Below, in pieces: positions 20,884 through 31,666 of a DNA stretch of 64,000 bases (positions are counted from its first letter, which is position 1; every line of letters begins with the position of its first letter). A program made the translations under genes and the position numbers. The DNA lies in contig CAZLEV010000002.1 of assembly GCA_964558645.1 (NCBI GenBank), positions 256,001-320,000 of the forward strand. Reading direction: 5' to 3'. The notes under the pieces are model-generated. The model was not told the DNA's origin and made no database searches. It saw nothing but the letters and a program-made list of their open reading frames with translations. The stretch comes from an uncultured archaeon. Lineage in GTDB: Archaea > Asgardarchaeota > Thorarchaeia > Thorarchaeales > Thorarchaeaceae.

Positions 20884-21095
20884 AATCACCATGGATGATT
20901 CTACAGAAAGAAACGCATCTGACAGGGCGAACGCCAGGTCAGACCGCAGCAAGAGTGGCTCACTCTCGCTTGCTGAAGTGCTCGCGTTGGAAGCAACGTG
21001 AGCTTTCTCCTTTTTCCGCAAGTCCCGAACCAGACTATGCATGAGTAGATTCATGCCCTGCTGCAACCGTTCATTGTAAGTTGGCTCTTGAAACA

Positions 21096-21635
21096 CTATC
21101 CCTGCTGCCTATTGATCCTGTGGATATAGACGAGCCCAATGATAGAAATCAAGATAGGAATTGGAACCGGTATCAAGCCTGTTAGCATCCACATGTCAGG
21201 CGGAGAGGACAGCGTGGCCAGCACTGGCATGCAAATCTGCACCACCAATGCCGCAAAGACTGAAACCAATCCCAGTGAGAGTCGGTCGACATCGCTTCCT
21301 CCCTTCCACACGACAACTGCAAGGAGAATCCCAACTACAAGAATTACGGAAACAACCAATGACTCCAGCGCAATCATGGGAAAGTCTGCGGTTCCAACAA
21401 GCATGATGAATGCAAACGCACCAGACTCACCAGAGCCGAGGTATAATCTCCAGAAAGGAAAATACCAGATGAAACCATGGACAAACAGCGCTGTGGTGTA
21501 TTCTTGAACGGCATATGGTGTGAAAAGTGTGCTGATGACTATGAGCACAGGCAGTAGGTTTTCTGCCTTTCTGAAATCTCGATTCAACTCGATTCCACAC
21601 CACGGGATCACATATCTCGTGTAAGATTCACCCAT
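21096..21635 (-). CDS. Hypothetical multi-TM protein
   Basis: About 5 hydrophobic segments; architecture similar to 52927-53433. Confidence 0.7.
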   Translation of the reverse strand: MGESYTRYVIPWCGIELNRDFRKAENLLPVLIVISTLFTPYAVQEYTTALFVHGFIWYFPFWRLYLGSGESGAFAFIMLVGTADFPMIALESLVVSVILVVGILLAVVVWKGGSDVDRLSLGLVSVFAALVVQICMPVLATLSSPPDMWMLTGLIPVPIPILISIIGLVYIHRINRQQG

Positions 21636-21660
21636 GGAAGCTCATATGGTTTTTGAATCC

Positions 21661-21684
21661 AATCCCCAGCGCGGATTGGGGCAG
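21661..21684 (-). pseudogene. Short etfA remnant (CP...ALGI)
   Basis: AATCCCCAGCGC and TTGGGGCAG are identical to etfA 33953-33964 and 33975-33983. Confidence 0.5.
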
Positions 21685-21730
21685 TACCAGCAAGCCTCTA
21701 TGAAAGAGATTCGGGAGAAATAACCCCCGG

Positions 21731-21773
21731 AAGGTGTTCAACCATAAATCTCAGAAGCCGCCAACCTGTTGAG
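21731..21773 (+). repeat. Non-coding 43-nt direct repeat, copy 1
   Basis: 40/43 nt identical to 26288-26330. Confidence 0.85.
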
Positions 21774-21984
21774 ATTCAAACAACAAGGGTCTTCGTGACA
21801 GGGATTAGGCCAGAGAAGCATGGACTATCACAGGCATGATAATCTCAAGATTTCAGATATTGGACTGGGCTGCTGAAATAAGAGCCAAGTGATTTCAATG
21901 GTGTCCACAGGCGAATCCATTCGTCCCCTTCTTGTGCGCTAGTTTATATTGATTTGAATCCTCCACTGTGGGAAGGTTTTTGAT

Positions 21985-24825
21985 ATGAAACGCGCTCTAC
22001 CACTACTACTTCTTGCTATATTCTTAGTTGGCATTTTTGCTGTGCCTGAAGACCCGAATCGGAACTTCGCACGCCTAGATGAGATATCGCTTGATGATGA
22101 GATTATCAATAAGGATATTGTATCGTCTAATGGGCCATATCAGAAACTTATCCGGGTGGCGATATATGACCAACCGGAGGCGGAACTCCCAACATATGCA
22201 ACAGGTGGAAGATATACGAACAACGTCCAGAATGTCGCTGAAATATTGGATGCTTCAGGTCATGCTGTGACTGTTTTGTCCAACCAAGAGATTCTTGATC
22301 ATAAGCTCCGGACTGTTGACTTCGATGTGTTCGTTATCGTCGACAACTTACCCCGCGATAATATCACCGACATTGTTAAGGAGTACTGGCTTGGAGGGGG
22401 TAGTCTCCTTTCATTTAACGGAGCACTCGGGTTCCTTTTCTATCATGGCATGATGTACCCCGGTCTTGAGGGCGACTTCGGCCTAGCTGGAGCTGGCTCT
22501 CTGCAAGACTGGAACTACAACTCTGTTGGAAACCTGGACATTACTGCTAGACATCCTGCAGCCAAGGATTACCATATCGGTGATGAGATTTCACGTCCTG
22601 CTGAGGAGAATGTAATCTGGAATAACAATGCTATGCCTGACGAAATTGGTGAGCATTTCACCACTATTGCTACTGATTCATCCTTTCCAGCCACAGGCTT
22701 AGTATTTGGAATCGACAACCCCGATAGGGGCGGAAAGATTGTCCAGATTCCTGGAGACTGCAGTGTTGTTTCGCCGTGGCAGGAATCTATTCTCCTTGAT
22801 GCTGTAGACTGGCTCTGTCCTAGACCAAAAGGAAGGATTCTCTTTGACCTATCACACAAACCGTACTACGGCGTTGATCTTTGGGAAACAGGATATGCAA
22901 GCTTCCCCAATAAATATGCAGACTGGCGCGATACTCTTGTGAATAAGACTTACACATTTGACAAGCTCTGGCCATCAGCAGACGGGAACCTGACCGCACA
23001 GAATCTTGCAGGCTATGATATACTGATTGTTGTAGCCCCAGGCCTTAGCTTCATAGCAGATGAAGTCAATGCAGTCACGAACTGGATAGACTCAGGTGGG
23101 AGTCTACTTGCTCTTGGCGACCAAGAAGGTTTCTTTAATGATGAGCAAATCCATATGAACTACCTTTTGACTAGCTTTGGACTGGAATGGAACACCACGC
23201 ACAACGCAGTCGGCACGATTGATGGGATGACAATCCATCCCTCCTGTGAGAGTGTGAATCTACTAACTAGTGGCCTTGTTGGTATAGTCAATTACCAAAG
23301 CCCTGCATTCCCGGTCGTGACAACAGACCTTGATGAGATCATAGTTGCTGCAGAGGAGTATGGAGATGGTCGAATAGTACTGACTGCTGACATCAACTTC
23401 TTTGATACGAGCAATATTGAGGACTCGGATAACATGAGATTCGGCGTGAATCTTGTCAACTGGTTGTCTGCCGCAAAAGCAAATGTGTTGGTCTATACAG
23501 ATGGCGGATGGAGGATTGACACGGACTACAATTACTATAGGTCTCAGCTGGCCAGCGCGTTGAACGAGTTGGATCTCAGGTTCCAGATGTCCAACAATGG
23601 ATCATTCTTCAACAATAGTCTGGTCAACGAGCAGTGGGACCTTGTGATCTGGGATCAGAACTATCAAGGCATGGATCCGTACCATGGCCATCTAATGGAC
23701 TACTTGGATTCAGGAGGCCGTGCGATTGTTAGGTCGTGGGATATTAAGTCTGCTGATATCTGGGCATATCTAGGGATAAAATGGAACCATACTGTAGAGA
23801 TATCTGGCCCCATGCCTGTCTATCTCTGGGAAAGCGGACATGAAATCTTTCACATCCCACACGACTATGGAGCAAATAACATCTCAGCCAATGTCAACTA
23901 CTATTTCACTGACTACACGTACGTTGAACCTTATGCAAATGCTACTGCTATTGCGGGGATAACTGAAACTCCTTCAGGTAACACATCTGCTATCATCCTC
24001 AACAACGAAGTCCCAGCAATAACAAATGCATTCTCGATATCGCAGTATCTCAATGACACTGATGACTCGACATACCCAGACGGATACGAGATATTCATGA
24101 ATGAAATTGCATATCTTCTGCGTCCTACGATAGATAGCCCGAGTGACAAGGTCGTTGAAGTAGGGAGCACTGGAGAAACAATCACTTGGACTCCTAGCAG
24201 TGATCGACCACACTCATACAAGATAATGCGGAACGCAATCGAGATAGAGAGTAATCCATGGAACGGTAATCCCATCACTCTGGATCTGATGGAGAACAGC
24301 CTGGGTACTGTGTCCTTTACCATCACCGTCTATGACTCAGCGGGCTATTCTGCAACCGACGTGGTGTCTGTGACAAAGGAAGACACAACAAGTCCAACAC
24401 TGGTAAACGCCCCAACGAACCTCCAGTATGAGGAAGGCAAGCTAATTCATCTCTTCAACTGGACCTTTAATGAACTACTGCCAGACACCTATGTTCTCTA
24501 CTTCAATGAAACTCTGGAAGAAACCAATCCTTGGGACGGCTCAATGATTTCTGTCAATGTCGGAGGACTACCTGTTGGAATCTACAATATGACCCTCCGA
24601 GTCAATGACACATCCGGGAATCACGCGACATCCTCAGTCTTTCTGAACGTCACAGCGGTTCCCACAACAACGACTACAACCACAACCAGCACCACAACAA
24701 CGACTAGCACTACACCACCTACTGCATCACCTCAAGGTGATAACGTCATGTTGATTGTGATCATTGCGTTTGCAGCGGCTGCAGTAGTCATAATCATTAT
24801 AGTCGTTATGCGGAAGAGACCTTAG
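21985..24825 (+). CDS. Large cell-surface protein (GATase-like/DUF4350-like domains, Ig-like repeats, TM anchor)
   Basis: Signal peptide, repeated GG.LL / N.V.WL units, two Ig-like repeats, poly-Thr linker, TM plus RKRP. Confidence 0.85.
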   Translation: MKRALPLLLLAIFLVGIFAVPEDPNRNFARLDEISLDDEIINKDIVSSNGPYQKLIRVAIYDQPEAELPTYATGGRYTNNVQNVAEILDASGHAVTVLSNQEILDHKLRTVDFDVFVIVDNLPRDNITDIVKEYWLGGGSLLSFNGALGFLFYHGMMYPGLEGDFGLAGAGSLQDWNYNSVGNLDITARHPAAKDYHIGDEISRPAEENVIWNNNAMPDEIGEHFTTIATDSSFPATGLVFGIDNPDRGGKIVQIPGDCSVVSPWQESILLDAVDWLCPRPKGRILFDLSHKPYYGVDLWETGYASFPNKYADWRDTLVNKTYTFDKLWPSADGNLTAQNLAGYDILIVVAPGLSFIADEVNAVTNWIDSGGSLLALGDQEGFFNDEQIHMNYLLTSFGLEWNTTHNAVGTIDGMTIHPSCESVNLLTSGLVGIVNYQSPAFPVVTTDLDEIIVAAEEYGDGRIVLTADINFFDTSNIEDSDNMRFGVNLVNWLSAAKANVLVYTDGGWRIDTDYNYYRSQLASALNELDLRFQMSNNGSFFNNSLVNEQWDLVIWDQNYQGMDPYHGHLMDYLDSGGRAIVRSWDIKSADIWAYLGIKWNHTVEISGPMPVYLWESGHEIFHIPHDYGANNISANVNYYFTDYTYVEPYANATAIAGITETPSGNTSAIILNNEVPAITNAFSISQYLNDTDDSTYPDGYEIFMNEIAYLLRPTIDSPSDKVVEVGSTGETITWTPSSDRPHSYKIMRNAIEIESNPWNGNPITLDLMENSLGTVSFTITVYDSAGYSATDVVSVTKEDTTSPTLVNAPTNLQYEEGKLIHLFNWTFNELLPDTYVLYFNETLEETNPWDGSMISVNVGGLPVGIYNMTLRVNDTSGNHATSSVFLNVTAVPTTTTTTTTSTTTTTSTTPPTASPQGDNVMLIVIIAFAAAAVVIIIIVVMRKRP

Positions 24826-24883
24826 TCCGGTGGAGACTGCAGAGAGTAGTTTCCTCTCCCTTTCTCTCCTGAAACAGGATTGA

Positions 24884-25186
24884 CTATACGGGTGTCAGAC
24901 GCGTAGCCTCGAAATCGGTTCGGATTTCTTTCACTCTTTCAGTCAACTGGCGGTACTTCTCGTCCTCTCTCAGTTCCTGCACAGTCTTCTGGTACTCGTC
25001 TTCGTTCTCGTATCGTGCCATGTAGTAGCTGACATGCGGATTCTCGCGGTCCCGCCAGTGGCCCATTATGTCCACATCATGCTTCTCATAGAGGTCCATG
25101 AATTCCTGTCGGAGGTTCTCTATCTTCTCTACCCTGTCGGGAGTGGTTTCGTTTCTATACATCATCACTAATGCCAATCGAATCAC
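24884..25186 (-). CDS. NIPSNAP-like protein
   Basis: LYEKHDVDIMGHW...YYMARYEN pattern, ~100 aa. Confidence 0.7.
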   Translation of the reverse strand: MIRLALVMMYRNETTPDRVEKIENLRQEFMDLYEKHDVDIMGHWRDRENPHVSYYMARYENEDEYQKTVQELREDEKYRQLTERVKEIRTDFEATRLTPV

Positions 25187-25504
25187 CTTAGTTTACTATA
25201 GTTAATTCTGTGTTTATTAAGATTGGGAAATCGCTACCGGTTGCGGGAGGGGGCTCGTGTGACGTGGTGATGGGTTCTTTCCGTATGTTGGTCTGAATGG
25301 TGCTCTGGGAAAAACAGCTCGTTAGTCGGTATGAACGGAGAAGTGCCATGTGGAATCGTGTGAACAACAAGACACAATGCATGGTGGTTGCCTTTGGTTG
25401 CCAATAGCGCTCTTGGTGGCTGGAGGCAGAGGATTCAGCGCAACATGTATTGCTCTGAAAGAAGGGTGGATCTCACTCTATGTGAACAGACCGGAGCATG
25501 CTTG

Positions 25505-25628
25505 TCTCTCCGCCTGATCTCGTCGATGATTGCAGAAACCACATCGAACAGCGCAGTCATGATACCAAAGTCCGCAGTCTAGAAGATCTGAGTCCAAGGC
25601 CTTTGTTCACGGGAAACATGGTGTCATC
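25505..25628 (-). pseudogene. Degenerate etfA 3'-end copy
   Basis: Translates DTMFPVNK(frameshift)..QIF*TADFGIMTALFDVVSAIIDEIRR, versus EtfA ..[35 protein letters not shown]. Confidence 0.8.
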
Positions 25629-25632
25629 TTTC

Positions 25633-26052
25633 TTACTGGGAAAACGAACGAGGTGTCCAGACAATGGCAAGAATGCCGCCTAATACTCCAAGTATCACGC
25701 CTAGACCCATTCCGCCCATTCCTCCAAAGATGCTCAGGGCTGACAGTACTATGATTGCTGCACCCCATCTCTCATGCTCATAGGGCCTTCTACGCAGCAT
25801 TATGGCAGAGAGCACGACACCTACTCCGGACAGAATGCCCAGATAACCTGCGGCAAAACCCAGGGTACCGAAATCCATGAAATGCAAGTGCCCATCAATG
25901 CCGTGCATGAAACCGTCATACCAGTTCATCCAATCGGGAAACCAGCCAACAGCCATGGCGTAAAGCCAAAGCACTCCTGCTGTTGCGATTGCCAGACCAG
26001 CAACAAGGGATATTATGAACGCTCCTTCGGGCCGGTCATCCATCTCATTCAT
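25633..26052 (-). CDS. Hypothetical Gly-rich membrane protein (DUF6114-like)
   Basis: AFIISLVAG...WGAAIIVLS.LS..GG.GG..LG.ILG..GGILA. Confidence 0.7.
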   Translation of the reverse strand: MNEMDDRPEGAFIISLVAGLAIATAGVLWLYAMAVGWFPDWMNWYDGFMHGIDGHLHFMDFGTLGFAAGYLGILSGVGVVLSAIMLRRRPYEHERWGAAIIVLSALSIFGGMGGMGLGVILGVLGGILAIVWTPRSFSQ

Positions 26053-26206
26053 TTTGTCTCATCTCCAGTTCTTGGCATATCCAGTATCATCAACTCTTAC
26101 GTTCAGAGCACACTTGCAAATGGGAATGCCCCTGAACGCATCGGCTTAACTATAGTTATCGGCCTATAATAGGTTGCCGGTTCGGCAGAGTAGCAGAGGG
26201 ACTGTT

Positions 26207-26276
26207 GAAAACCGGAGCCTCGGGGGGTTTTTCACGGCAACCATAGTGTCGCTCGAGGACATTCCTGCTGGATGGT
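26207..26276 (-). pseudogene. Degenerate etfA near-3' fragment
   Basis: Translates AGMSSSDTMVAVK(frameshift)PEAPVF. Confidence 0.75.
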
Positions 26277-26287
26277 TGGAAAACAGC

Positions 26288-26330
26288 AAGGTGTGCAACC
26301 ATGAATCTCAGAAGCCGCCATCCTGTTGAG
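26288..26330 (+). repeat. Non-coding 43-nt direct repeat, copy 2
   Basis: 40/43 nt identical to 21731-21773; next to an etfA remnant. Confidence 0.85.
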
Positions 26331-26400
26331 CTGTACACAAGAAGGTTCAAGAACCGAATCTGCTATCAAGGGATTGTAGTAGCTGAGGGGTATTCCCAAG

Positions 26401-27000
26401 ATGAAACATTGCAGACGCATGCCTGTTCTGATTGTGTTCTGTCTATTGCCGGTCGTCCCTCTTGCGATGATGTGTTCAGCTATATCGGTCCAAGTTGGTC
26501 AATGGGTCCCTGATAATCAAGGACCCACCATAACGCCGGAGATGCCCAACTTCATAGATACCATTGGGACAGGAGAGTGTGACGAGTATTACCTGGTTCT
26601 TCGTGCCAGCGTGAATGATTCCGAAGGCGTGGCAGCAGTAATTGGCAGCTATTGCAACAGGTCAGAGGGTGTCTGGCACAATGTGACCATGTCAGTCAAC
26701 CCTGAATTCGAAAACGGAATCGTCTATGAATCAGAGCCGGTCAACTATACCCTGTGTAACTACAACAGCGGCGTGGTCTGGGACATCAGATTCTACGCCC
26801 AGAACTCCTTGGGCGTATGGTCAATGGGGAACACATCTCAGAGCGTCTGCAGGATATGGATCTCAAACAGCAGAACTACAACACCCGCAGATCTCTCAGG
26901 AGTTACTATTCTGCTGATATTCAGTGTGCCGGCAGCCATCATCGCCATTGTGGTATACGTGAAACGTGTCGGTTCTTCAGCATCCGACCAAACCAGTTGA
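26401..27000 (+). CDS. Secreted Ig-like protein with C-terminal TM anchor
   Basis: Signal segment, DNQGPTI...ASVNDSEGV...W.NVTM...FYAQNSLG, then TM. Confidence 0.75.
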   Translation: MKHCRRMPVLIVFCLLPVVPLAMMCSAISVQVGQWVPDNQGPTITPEMPNFIDTIGTGECDEYYLVLRASVNDSEGVAAVIGSYCNRSEGVWHNVTMSVNPEFENGIVYESEPVNYTLCNYNSGVVWDIRFYAQNSLGVWSMGNTSQSVCRIWISNSRTTTPADLSGVTILLIFSVPAAIIAIVVYVKRVGSSASDQTS

Positions 27001-27225
27001 TGAAGTATGTCACGGCGTCGACAACAAGTGCGATTAGGATGGATATCCAACAGCAATTCGCCTTGGCATCGCTTAGAGAGGGCGGTCAATACCGAAGAGC
27101 ACAACGACGGGGGTTAGTGAAGGACAGAATCTAGAGTTTTCAGTTCATCAGGGGGACAAGGTGCGGAGATTCCGCCTGAACTAGAACCACTGAAGACACC
27201 GTGTCGCGCCATTGTCTTGGACTGT

Positions 27226-28680
27226 CTAATCAGACACAGCAGATGGAGACCTATACCCTAGCCGGTGGAGAACTATCAGTACTGAGAAGACGACTGCAAC
27301 AGAGGTTCCGACAAGAGTCAGCAGGAGAGATACGGGACTCAGGAAGGGGATGTCCTGAGATGATGAAGGATGGACTATGACCATCACGGTATCAGATGCA
27401 ACGTTGCCAGCGAGGTCGCGGACCAGCAGCGTGTAGTTGTAGGTCCCTACCTCAAGCCCGTCGATGGTGATACTAATAGTTGATGTCTCCCACGCACCAG
27501 TGTCGATGAGAGTACCGTTCCGGTACAGCTCGTAGGAGCCGGGATGCAGGTCTGAAACGTGCCAGGTGATGGAATGCCCTGTGGTGTCGGCTTCATACTC
27601 GATGTGTCCTGGATGCTCAATCTCTGGGTCGAGGAGATCATAGAGGACAGGATGTTGGTCGACGCTCTGAGCAGCGCCCGGCACCTCATAGTCCCCGACT
27701 CCGTCATAGTCATCCCAGTAGTTGCCATGGGTCCCGTTGTCCCACCGGTTCATGGCACCATCATCGTATCCGTTCGCAGTGTTGTTGAACAGGGTGTTCA
27801 GATACATGAGGCTCCCACTGGCATCCCCTAGGAGATACACACCACGCCTGTTGTATGATGCCGTGTTGCGAATGATGGTGCAATTCCTGACAGAGACGAG
27901 TATGAATCCATCTTCTACATTCGCAGTTGCAGTGTTGTTCTCCAGGGTGCAGTTCTCGGACGGCAGGTGCTCGAAACCGAACCCTAGGGTATAACTGAGG
28001 TTGAAGCCGTGTTGGGTGTTATTGGAGGCCATATTGTCCTTGAGATACAGTCCAACAGCGTAGCGTAAAACGAAGCCTGTCCCCCCATTTGCTGCGGCTG
28101 TGTTTCCAAATACGATGCAGTCAGAGCAATCCGTGAGAAACAGCCCGCTCCCGTTGTTCTCCACCAGCGTGTTTTCAGCAATTGTACACTGCTTCGCGCC
28201 CCAGATAGAAATACCTGTACCGCAGTGAATCACAGTGTTGTTTGTGATAGTGATATCTCTACAGTCTAAGAGGCTGATGCCGATGCCGCAATGGCTGATG
28301 ATGCATCCCTCCACGGCGCCATGTCGAACCCGCTGGAAACGGATGCCGTTATTAGCCATTGTGTCAGGAGAGGAGATGAAGCAGTCGCGGATGACGAAGT
28401 AGACGGTGGTCTGGGAGATAGAGATGGCGGTGTCGTTACTTGTAATGTTCAGCCCCGAGATGACGTAGGGATCCTCCTCGGTGCCGGAGCCGGGCCAGCC
28501 CTGGTCGGTGAAGTTGGTATCTGATGTTATGACGATGGGGTCGTGGGGAGTGTACGATGCGAGTTGCGAGACTCCAGACGCTTGCTGTGATTGAGTCAGC
28601 AGACCACCAGACCCAGGCGGACCATGAATGATCAGCAAGACCATGATGGGTGTGATAGCAGTGGCAGATCTGAAATTCAA
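27226..28680 (-). CDS. NosD/right-handed beta-helix surface protein with Ig-like domain and TM anchor
   Basis: GSGT.EDPY.I, repeated GI.L...N.TI.NN, GNYWDDY, C-terminal TM. Confidence 0.88.
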   Translation of the reverse strand: MNFRSATAITPIMVLLIIHGPPGSGGLLTQSQQASGVSQLASYTPHDPIVITSDTNFTDQGWPGSGTEEDPYVISGLNITSNDTAISISQTTVYFVIRDCFISSPDTMANNGIRFQRVRHGAVEGCIISHCGIGISLLDCRDITITNNTVIHCGTGISIWGAKQCTIAENTLVENNGSGLFLTDCSDCIVFGNTAAANGGTGFVLRYAVGLYLKDNMASNNTQHGFNLSYTLGFGFEHLPSENCTLENNTATANVEDGFILVSVRNCTIIRNTASYNRRGVYLLGDASGSLMYLNTLFNNTANGYDDGAMNRWDNGTHGNYWDDYDGVGDYEVPGAAQSVDQHPVLYDLLDPEIEHPGHIEYEADTTGHSITWHVSDLHPGSYELYRNGTLIDTGAWETSTISITIDGLEVGTYNYTLLVRDLAGNVASDTVMVIVHPSSSQDIPFLSPVSLLLTLVGTSVAVVFSVLIVLHRLGYRSPSAVSD

Positions 28681-28941
28681 CGAACACTCCTCCAGATGCA
28701 GTCAGCGCCGCCTACATATTGTCCCGCTAACCTATAAACACACTACATCCCGCATGTCACCTAGGAGTGGCTTTGCCCAGAGTTGATGATGGGCATTGAA
28801 TCTTATGTGGGGCCCTGATAATCCTTTTACTAAAGCATTCGTTAGCCAAAAAAAACTTTTTATAGATTCGTAGTACAATACATCAAACAAGTCTGTCCTC
28901 ATGATTAATCAAGAGAGATAGGCGGGAGAGGAGATCGTGAT

Positions 28942-29916
28942 ATGAACGAATCTAAGTGTCATCTAACAGTAATCTATCTAGTTCTTCCACTGGTGTTTCT
29001 GTCCTTCTGCTTGGGACCTGTTGTCCTTGCCATTGGTCCCTCAGCACATGAGGAGAGCATCGATGTGTCTGCACATGACGCGTTCTCGACCCTGTCAACG
29101 ATACCGGTCAGTCTAATGTCCAGAGAGACAAGTGGAAACCTATACAGCGAGATGAAAGCAATACGAGAGCTCTTTGTCCAGTACAATCAACAATATGGAA
29201 GCCGTTTGGATATCAACACCGCGACGGGTTCTTCAGCCACCCTCAGCAGAATGCAGTCGTACATCTTGACGACTGAACGTATGCACCTCACGGCTCACGG
29301 CTCCTATGGTGACGAGGGCCCGACACTCCAGTTGTATGGGGGTTACCTCACAAGTAAGGTTGTTAAGGACTGGAGTCTCGAGAGTGGGCTCTGCAAACTG
29401 GTCTACCTCAGCGCGTGTAACGGGATGGGCAAAAACGGTATGCTCAATACTGACTTAGCATACAACCTGCGGCGACGAACGTCGGTCGAAACGGTGCTTG
29501 GTTTCAAGGATGAGATTAGCATAGTCACAGCCACGACAATAAGTCAGTCATTCTGGATGTTCCACGTGACCTATTCCTTTGCAGGAGGTATGTCTGCAGG
29601 AAGCTCGTATCTCAATACTCTTGATAGGATCAACAATAAGATTCTGATAGCCAAAGTCTTAGCCGTTACCTCTGTTGCAACTGCGGTCAGCTACCTTGTT
29701 GCACAACTCGGACTCTCTGCACTTGGCTCAGCATTCATTTCATCTTTGTTAGGCGGGATAACAACGGAACTACTATTAGAGTACCTATTTGGTGAAATGG
29801 AGCGTGGACTGAACAACTGGGAGATCTACGGTAATCATGACTTACCAGGGCTCTGGTGGTATTCCTCCGGCGGAGGAGGAGGAGGCGGAAGTGGTCCCAT
29901 ACATCTTCCATACTAG
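28942..29916 (+). CDS. Secreted caspase-fold (CHAT/C25-like, clan CD) protein
   Basis: Signal peptide; HLTAHG and VYLSAC His/Cys dyad motifs; hydrophobic C-terminal hairpin and Gly-rich tail. Confidence 0.65.
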   Translation: MNESKCHLTVIYLVLPLVFLSFCLGPVVLAIGPSAHEESIDVSAHDAFSTLSTIPVSLMSRETSGNLYSEMKAIRELFVQYNQQYGSRLDINTATGSSATLSRMQSYILTTERMHLTAHGSYGDEGPTLQLYGGYLTSKVVKDWSLESGLCKLVYLSACNGMGKNGMLNTDLAYNLRRRTSVETVLGFKDEISIVTATTISQSFWMFHVTYSFAGGMSAGSSYLNTLDRINNKILIAKVLAVTSVATAVSYLVAQLGLSALGSAFISSLLGGITTELLLEYLFGEMERGLNNWEIYGNHDLPGLWWYSSGGGGGGGSGPIHLPY

Positions 29917-29965
29917 CTAGAGGGAGCCAGAATCCAGAGGGGTTATATTCCCTCCTTCTCAAGAG

Positions 29966-31327
29966 GTGATGAGGATGCAAAGCTCAAGGGTTCCTATACA
30001 GGCAATCGTACTGATATCGATCATAGGCCTTTCTGCGATGGTGCCCTCATGGCCTGCGGAAACTATGATGCCACAAGAGGGTGGTGTTCCACGTGACTGT
30101 GATCACATCTCTGCTGGTTATCAGACCACCCGAATCGATGCGATCATAGACTATTTGTCAGTGCTGTATTCAGCAGAGGACAGGGTATTCCGGGGATGGC
30201 TGAGTGCAACCCCCTTTGACCCGAGAATCGGGTTATATCCGAGCATATACGAGGTCTATGACCCCTTCAGAATTGTAAGGCAACTGGGGCGGGAACATGA
30301 CTTCAACTGGACAGACCCCATCGAGTTCCTCAGAGGCCTTGTGAACACAGACCCGGCATCTCCATACTACGGGCTGGTAAACGATTCGATAAGCCATTCC
30401 ACCTCCGTGATAACACTTGCTGTTGCAGTGGAGCTGTTCCCCCAGCTCGGGCTGGAGGACTGGCTCTATCCTCAGGAGATTGCGAATTACATCGCGCAAG
30501 CCCAGACGCCTCAGGGAGGATTCAGACTACATGCGACCGATACAGAATACATTCCCGACATGATCGTGACCCGGCGTGCCTTGGAAGCCCTGCACGCCCT
30601 TGACCTGCTCTCGGAGATCGATGCGGTTGCTGCACTGGAGTGGGTCATGTCCTGCTACCAAGAGGATGGCGGCTTCTCCAACTGGCCGGAGGTCGAGCCC
30701 CTTCCGGATGTCGTTCCTCTGGGGCTCTTCAGTCTGGAATACCTAGGCCGGACCGACCTCATTCGGGTCGAGGACACCACTGAGTATCTCTTGCAGTACT
30801 GGGACAACAGCACGGGTTGTGCCAGAGGGGGGACCATTGTGAACACGGAACGGCTCGTCTGGTCCCTGTTGACCCTTGGGACCTTTGACAGGATCGACGA
30901 GACTGCTCTGCTAGAGTGGGTGCTGGCATGCCAGACCAGTCATAATGGAGCATTCTTATCCCACCCGGCTGCGGAGTCCAGCAATGAGCGCATGGAGTGG
31001 TGCCGGGCTGCCGTGCACATCTTGTATCTGTGTGACAGACTGGACCTGCTGGAAGAGGAGATTACCGTGCAAGTGGCTCCTGAATACACAGTTGACCCAT
31101 GGTACATAGACTATGTCAATGAACATTTTGGGACCACCACAACGCCCGGAAACTGGTTCTATCCGGTCCTGCCCAACATTGACCTGCTCGGGATGCTTGT
31201 GACAGCCATGCCCTACGTTGTCATAGGGGCCATTGTTGCGTCTCCGGGGCTCTACATCCTGTGGGCACGAGAGAAGAAGCGAGCTGAGCGTCGTGCCATG
31301 CGAGAAAAGCGCAAGAGGGGAAGATAA
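29966..31327 (+). CDS. Prenyltransferase/squalene-oxidase-repeat protein, secreted and TM-anchored
   Basis: Repeats Q..QGGF, WVMSCYQEDGGF, WVLACQT..GAF; C-terminal TM plus basic tail. Confidence 0.8.
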   Translation: MMRMQSSRVPIQAIVLISIIGLSAMVPSWPAETMMPQEGGVPRDCDHISAGYQTTRIDAIIDYLSVLYSAEDRVFRGWLSATPFDPRIGLYPSIYEVYDPFRIVRQLGREHDFNWTDPIEFLRGLVNTDPASPYYGLVNDSISHSTSVITLAVAVELFPQLGLEDWLYPQEIANYIAQAQTPQGGFRLHATDTEYIPDMIVTRRALEALHALDLLSEIDAVAALEWVMSCYQEDGGFSNWPEVEPLPDVVPLGLFSLEYLGRTDLIRVEDTTEYLLQYWDNSTGCARGGTIVNTERLVWSLLTLGTFDRIDETALLEWVLACQTSHNGAFLSHPAAESSNERMEWCRAAVHILYLCDRLDLLEEEITVQVAPEYTVDPWYIDYVNEHFGTTTTPGNWFYPVLPNIDLLGMLVTAMPYVVIGAIVASPGLYILWAREKKRAERRAMREKRKRGR

Positions 31328-31519
31328 GAGCAACGCAGTTGATTATGCTGGCGTTAATGGTCCTTCATGCTCAGAGTTGGATTCATCATCAGAAGGCTAC
31401 CAGGAGGGGGCTGGAATCTTAGTAGCTAGAAGTTGGTATGATGCCTGCATGCTTTAGAATCTCGCCTCAAAATGAAAGGAAAGCGAGTGCCTCCTCCAAA
31501 AGAGCAGGCACTGTTGGGG

Positions 31520-31666
31520 TTATCTCTGAGCTTGAAGTTGCTTGATTGCATTGATTATCTCTGGCACAACATCAAATAAGTCGCCGACAATACCAAAGTC
31601 CGCAATCTCGAAGATTGGTGCCTCAGGATCTTTGTTCACTGCAACCACTATGTCTGACGACGACAT
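31520..31666 (-). pseudogene. Displaced etfA 3' end (48 codons)
   Basis: [48 protein letters not shown], 33/48 aa identical to the EtfA C-terminus. Confidence 0.9.

Noticed and set aside
20743-21096. 117-aa minus-strand ORF
   Set aside because: No motif, and it overlaps plus-strand micro-ORFs with better translation signals.
24661-24720. ACA/ACC/ACG repeats, also near 8100-8150 and 52240-52290
   Set aside because: Thr-rich linker codons of surface proteins, not CRISPR or satellite DNA.
27060-27115. PVVVLFG-like match to internal etfA (12 nt identical to ~34487-34498)
   Set aside because: Short, not from the 3' end, and could be chance.
28780-28830. Faint resemblance to the junction motif or etfA GISG..HK
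   Set aside because: Too degenerate to support by eye.
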